DNA of 64,000 nucleotides from the sequence record SRR20825006_1019, one strand, 5' to 3'. Below the pieces are notes generated by a model. That model was not told the origin of the DNA. It saw nothing but the letters and a program-made list of their open reading frames with translations, and searched no databases. The position numbers and the translations under genes are program-made. Shown here in pieces: positions 61,746 to 64,000 of this stretch (position 1 is its first letter; each line of letters opens with the position of its first letter).

Positions 61746-62501
61746 TCAAACCGCTTGAGCGATCAGGGTGGAATCACCGATGGAGTCATCCGACCGTTCA
61801 CGAGCCGACGGCATCGGCAAGACGGCGGGGGATTCGTCGGCGCTGTTGTCCGCCGAATCCCCAAACGCCATTTCGTCTTGCAGTGTTTCTGCCAATCGGC
61901 GTCGCGCGGTGTGCAGACGCCGCTTGATCGTTCCGACTGGAGCGTCGAACGCATCGCTCATCTCGATCAACGATTGTCCATCGAGGTAGAACGCGTTGAG
62001 CGTTTGACGATCCAGACTTCCCAGTCGTGCGATGCCACTTCGAACCGCCGCGGCTTGCTCGCGATCTTGAGCCACGTTGTCAGGCGTGATGTCATCCACG
62101 CAAGTTGCTTCCAGGGTTTCTGGATCGCACGCGGTGGCGGTTCGTTGACGGCTGAATCGATTGATTGCCATCCGGTGAACGATTTGACGCAACCATCCGC
62201 CGAATGCTTCGGGCACGCGAAGTTGATCGAGCTTTTGCATCGCTTGGATGAAAACGTCTTGCGTCAATTCTTCGGCCTCGTGCACGTTGCGAACTCGGCT
62301 GATTGCCAATGCGACAATGACAGGACGATATCGTTCGAACAAATCACCGAATGCCAATTGGTCTCCGCCTTGGGCGGCGATCACCAATTGGGCAACCGTT
62401 TGACCGGAAGCGGATGCGGAAGTCGAGTTGCGAACGATTGCGTTGCCGTCGCTAGGCGACACGGTGGTCGTGAAATCAGGGGTGATCTTCATGGTGTCCA
62501 T
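61746..62501 (-). CDS. ECF RNA polymerase sigma factor
   Basis: AQGGDQLAFGDL, AEELTQDVF, FGGWLRQI, PVGTIKRRLHTARRRL; GGGAGG RBS. Confidence 0.93.
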   Translation of the reverse strand: MDTMKITPDFTTTVSPSDGNAIVRNSTSASASGQTVAQLVIAAQGGDQLAFGDLFERYRPVIVALAISRVRNVHEAEELTQDVFIQAMQKLDQLRVPEAFGGWLRQIVHRMAINRFSRQRTATACDPETLEATCVDDITPDNVAQDREQAAAVRSGIARLGSLDRQTLNAFYLDGQSLIEMSDAFDAPVGTIKRRLHTARRRLAETLQDEMAFGDSADNSADESPAVLPMPSARERSDDSIGDSTLIAQAV

Positions 62502-62860
62502 CCTCCCGGAGTTCCGGGATTACTTTCCTGTTCAGGCCAGCCAAACGACTGCCTGCTGAATTGTTTCAAACCAGTTGGAAAACCCGATCGGTGAATCAGC
62601 TCAATCGGCGAGCCCCGCGGACGGACGAGATTGCTTCGCTCAATGCAACAACGTTCTTGTCAGAAGTCTGGTTGAGAGACTTCCGCCATCGATTGGATCG
62701 ATGGACGAAGATGCAGGCGAAGTTCTGATCCGAGCGGGGCGCTGCCGACGCGAAACGCGATGGGCGGCAAACGAAAAGTCGATGGCGTGACCCGAGGGTC
62801 AGTCGTGCCAGAGACTTTTCGCGGCGTGCTTCAGTTCAATGCGAGGAAAAGGCTGGGGCC

Positions 62861-63097
62861 TTATCGCATGGACCTGTGACACGTTTGGTCTGTGGCAAAT
62901 GAAAACCGCCAGGGTTTTATTGCCGCAAAACTGGCTGCCAGAGGCTCCGGGGCGCTGGACCCCGGATAACCGAGGCCCTCCCACTGCAATGAGCAGGTAT
63001 GGATGACGACGCACAGAGTCTCGGCAGCATTGGTACGCATGACATCCACGATGTGGGAAATGCGGACAACACGTTGAGTCGAGATCAGGTTACGCAT
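62861..63097 (-). CDS. Small ORF upstream of the ECF sigma gene
   Basis: 78 aa; strong SD (AGGGAGG) just before the ATG; no recognised homology. Confidence 0.45.
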   Translation of the reverse strand: MRNLISTQRVVRISHIVDVMRTNAAETLCVVIHTCSLQWEGLGYPGSSAPEPLAASFAAIKPWRFSFATDQTCHRSMR

Positions 63098-63311
63098 CGA
63101 ATCCTCCCTGCGCCGATTTTCTCGGTGCGGTGATGGAGCTCAAAAACGGAAAGTAAGGACACCGAATTCGTTACAATCACGAACCGGTCAAGGGAATCAT
63201 GCCCGAGACCGACCGCTTCATGCAACGTCCCCGCCCGTACGGGGTGGTGATGTCGCTGACTGGTTAGAGGATTATTTCAGCAGAAGGTTCGCGGGAACAC
63301 AAAGTTATTTT

Positions 63312-64000
63312 GTGAAAAGCTCTGACTTTTTGACCGAAAGTGTGCAAAACACCAGCGAATTGCTGGCTCCGCTGCTTTTTCCGCCTGTTTGCGTTCTTTG
63401 TGGTGAGCTAACGGGAATCGCATCCGGCCGCGATGGTTCAGCCAAGGTTCCGTTGGTCTCCCGGCGGCGCTTCGCATCCTTCTGTCGGCTGTGTGAAACC
63501 TCCTTGGTCCAGTCCGCCCCATCGATGCAGGCTGCTTGCGTGCGATGTGCTTGGCCCGCGACGGGACACAGGCGAAGGTCTGCTAGCGAGGATTCAGGGC
63601 CAATCGATGACGCGGATAGCCAATTGGATGATCTGCCTTGTCAGGAGTGCGTTCGTCGTCAGACGCCTTTTTCATTTGAGACCGCCACGGCGGTTTATCG
63701 TTATCACGAAGTCGTCCGGCATGCGATTATCGCGGCGAAATACCCTCGCAATACCGCGATTGCTCGCGAATTGGCCGTTCGATTAGCGGATCGCTACCGC
63801 GAGAACGCGGCAATTCAGGCGAGAACGGTTTCCGATGGATCGGAGTCGTCCCCCTTGGTCACTCACGTGGCGAGCCCGTTTTGGCGGCAATTTCGTCGGG
63901 GCGGTGTCGGGACAGGATCTCTGGCAAGCCGATTCGCTCGCGAGATGAATTTCTCGTTTGGATCGCTTTTAGAAACCACGCGTTCGGTGCAGAAACAGGC
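63312..64000 (+). CDS. comF: ComF-family protein (double zinc ribbon + phosphoribosyltransferase), truncated by the window end
   Basis: My translation (not in the ORF track): LLFPPVCVLCG..FCRLC..CVRC..CQEC..YRYHEVVRHAIIAAKYP..WRQFRRG; frame open to 64000; start uncertain. Confidence 0.85.
   Translation, partial: MKSSDFLTESVQNTSELLAPLLFPPVCVLCGELTGIASGRDGSAKVPLVSRRRFASFCRLCETSLVQSAPSMQAACVRCAWPATGHRRRSASEDSGPIDDADSQLDDLPCQECVRRQTPFSFETATAVYRYHEVVRHAIIAAKYPRNTAIARELAVRLADRYRENAAIQARTVSDGSESSPLVTHVASPFWRQFRRGGVGTGSLASRFAREMNFSFGSLLETTRSVQKQ

Noticed and set aside
63144-63176. Possible ECF autoregulatory promoter (TGTAAC...CGT, minus strand)
   Set aside because: About 21 bp between AAC and CGT, too long for a typical ECF promoter

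Overview
Planctomycete chromosomal segment, most likely Rhodopirellula-type. This is inferred from a DUF1559 prepilin gene, a PVC-type heme-CxxCH protein and the style of the intergenic repeats. It holds about 47 genes. Housekeeping: leuS, trpF, tRNA-Leu(GAG), gyrA, lgt, mrp/apbC, acylphosphatase and a partial comF. Phosphate acquisition: Na/Pi symporter, two PhoD-type phosphatases, PhoX and an AlkP-family enzyme. Other content: a type III PKS operon, ZIP and CDF metal transporters, a hybrid sensor kinase, an ECF sigma factor and several secreted hydrolases. I saw no CRISPR array, intact integrase or transposase, or prophage. Best leads: (1) a shared 11-bp-period Pho-box-like motif before phoD, phoX, the Na/Pi symporter and the DUF1559 pilin/lipoprotein pair; (2) a CsrA + HisKA-like helix + receiver fusion behind an ECF sigma whose long leader carries a small ORF; (3) a type III PKS trio translationally coupled to D-lactate dehydrogenase and followed by a UbiA-like/methyltransferase pair; (4) recurrent C-rich, SD-less leaders that read as G-quadruplex motifs on the template strand. 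All family calls come from recognising motifs by eye, and no database search was run.
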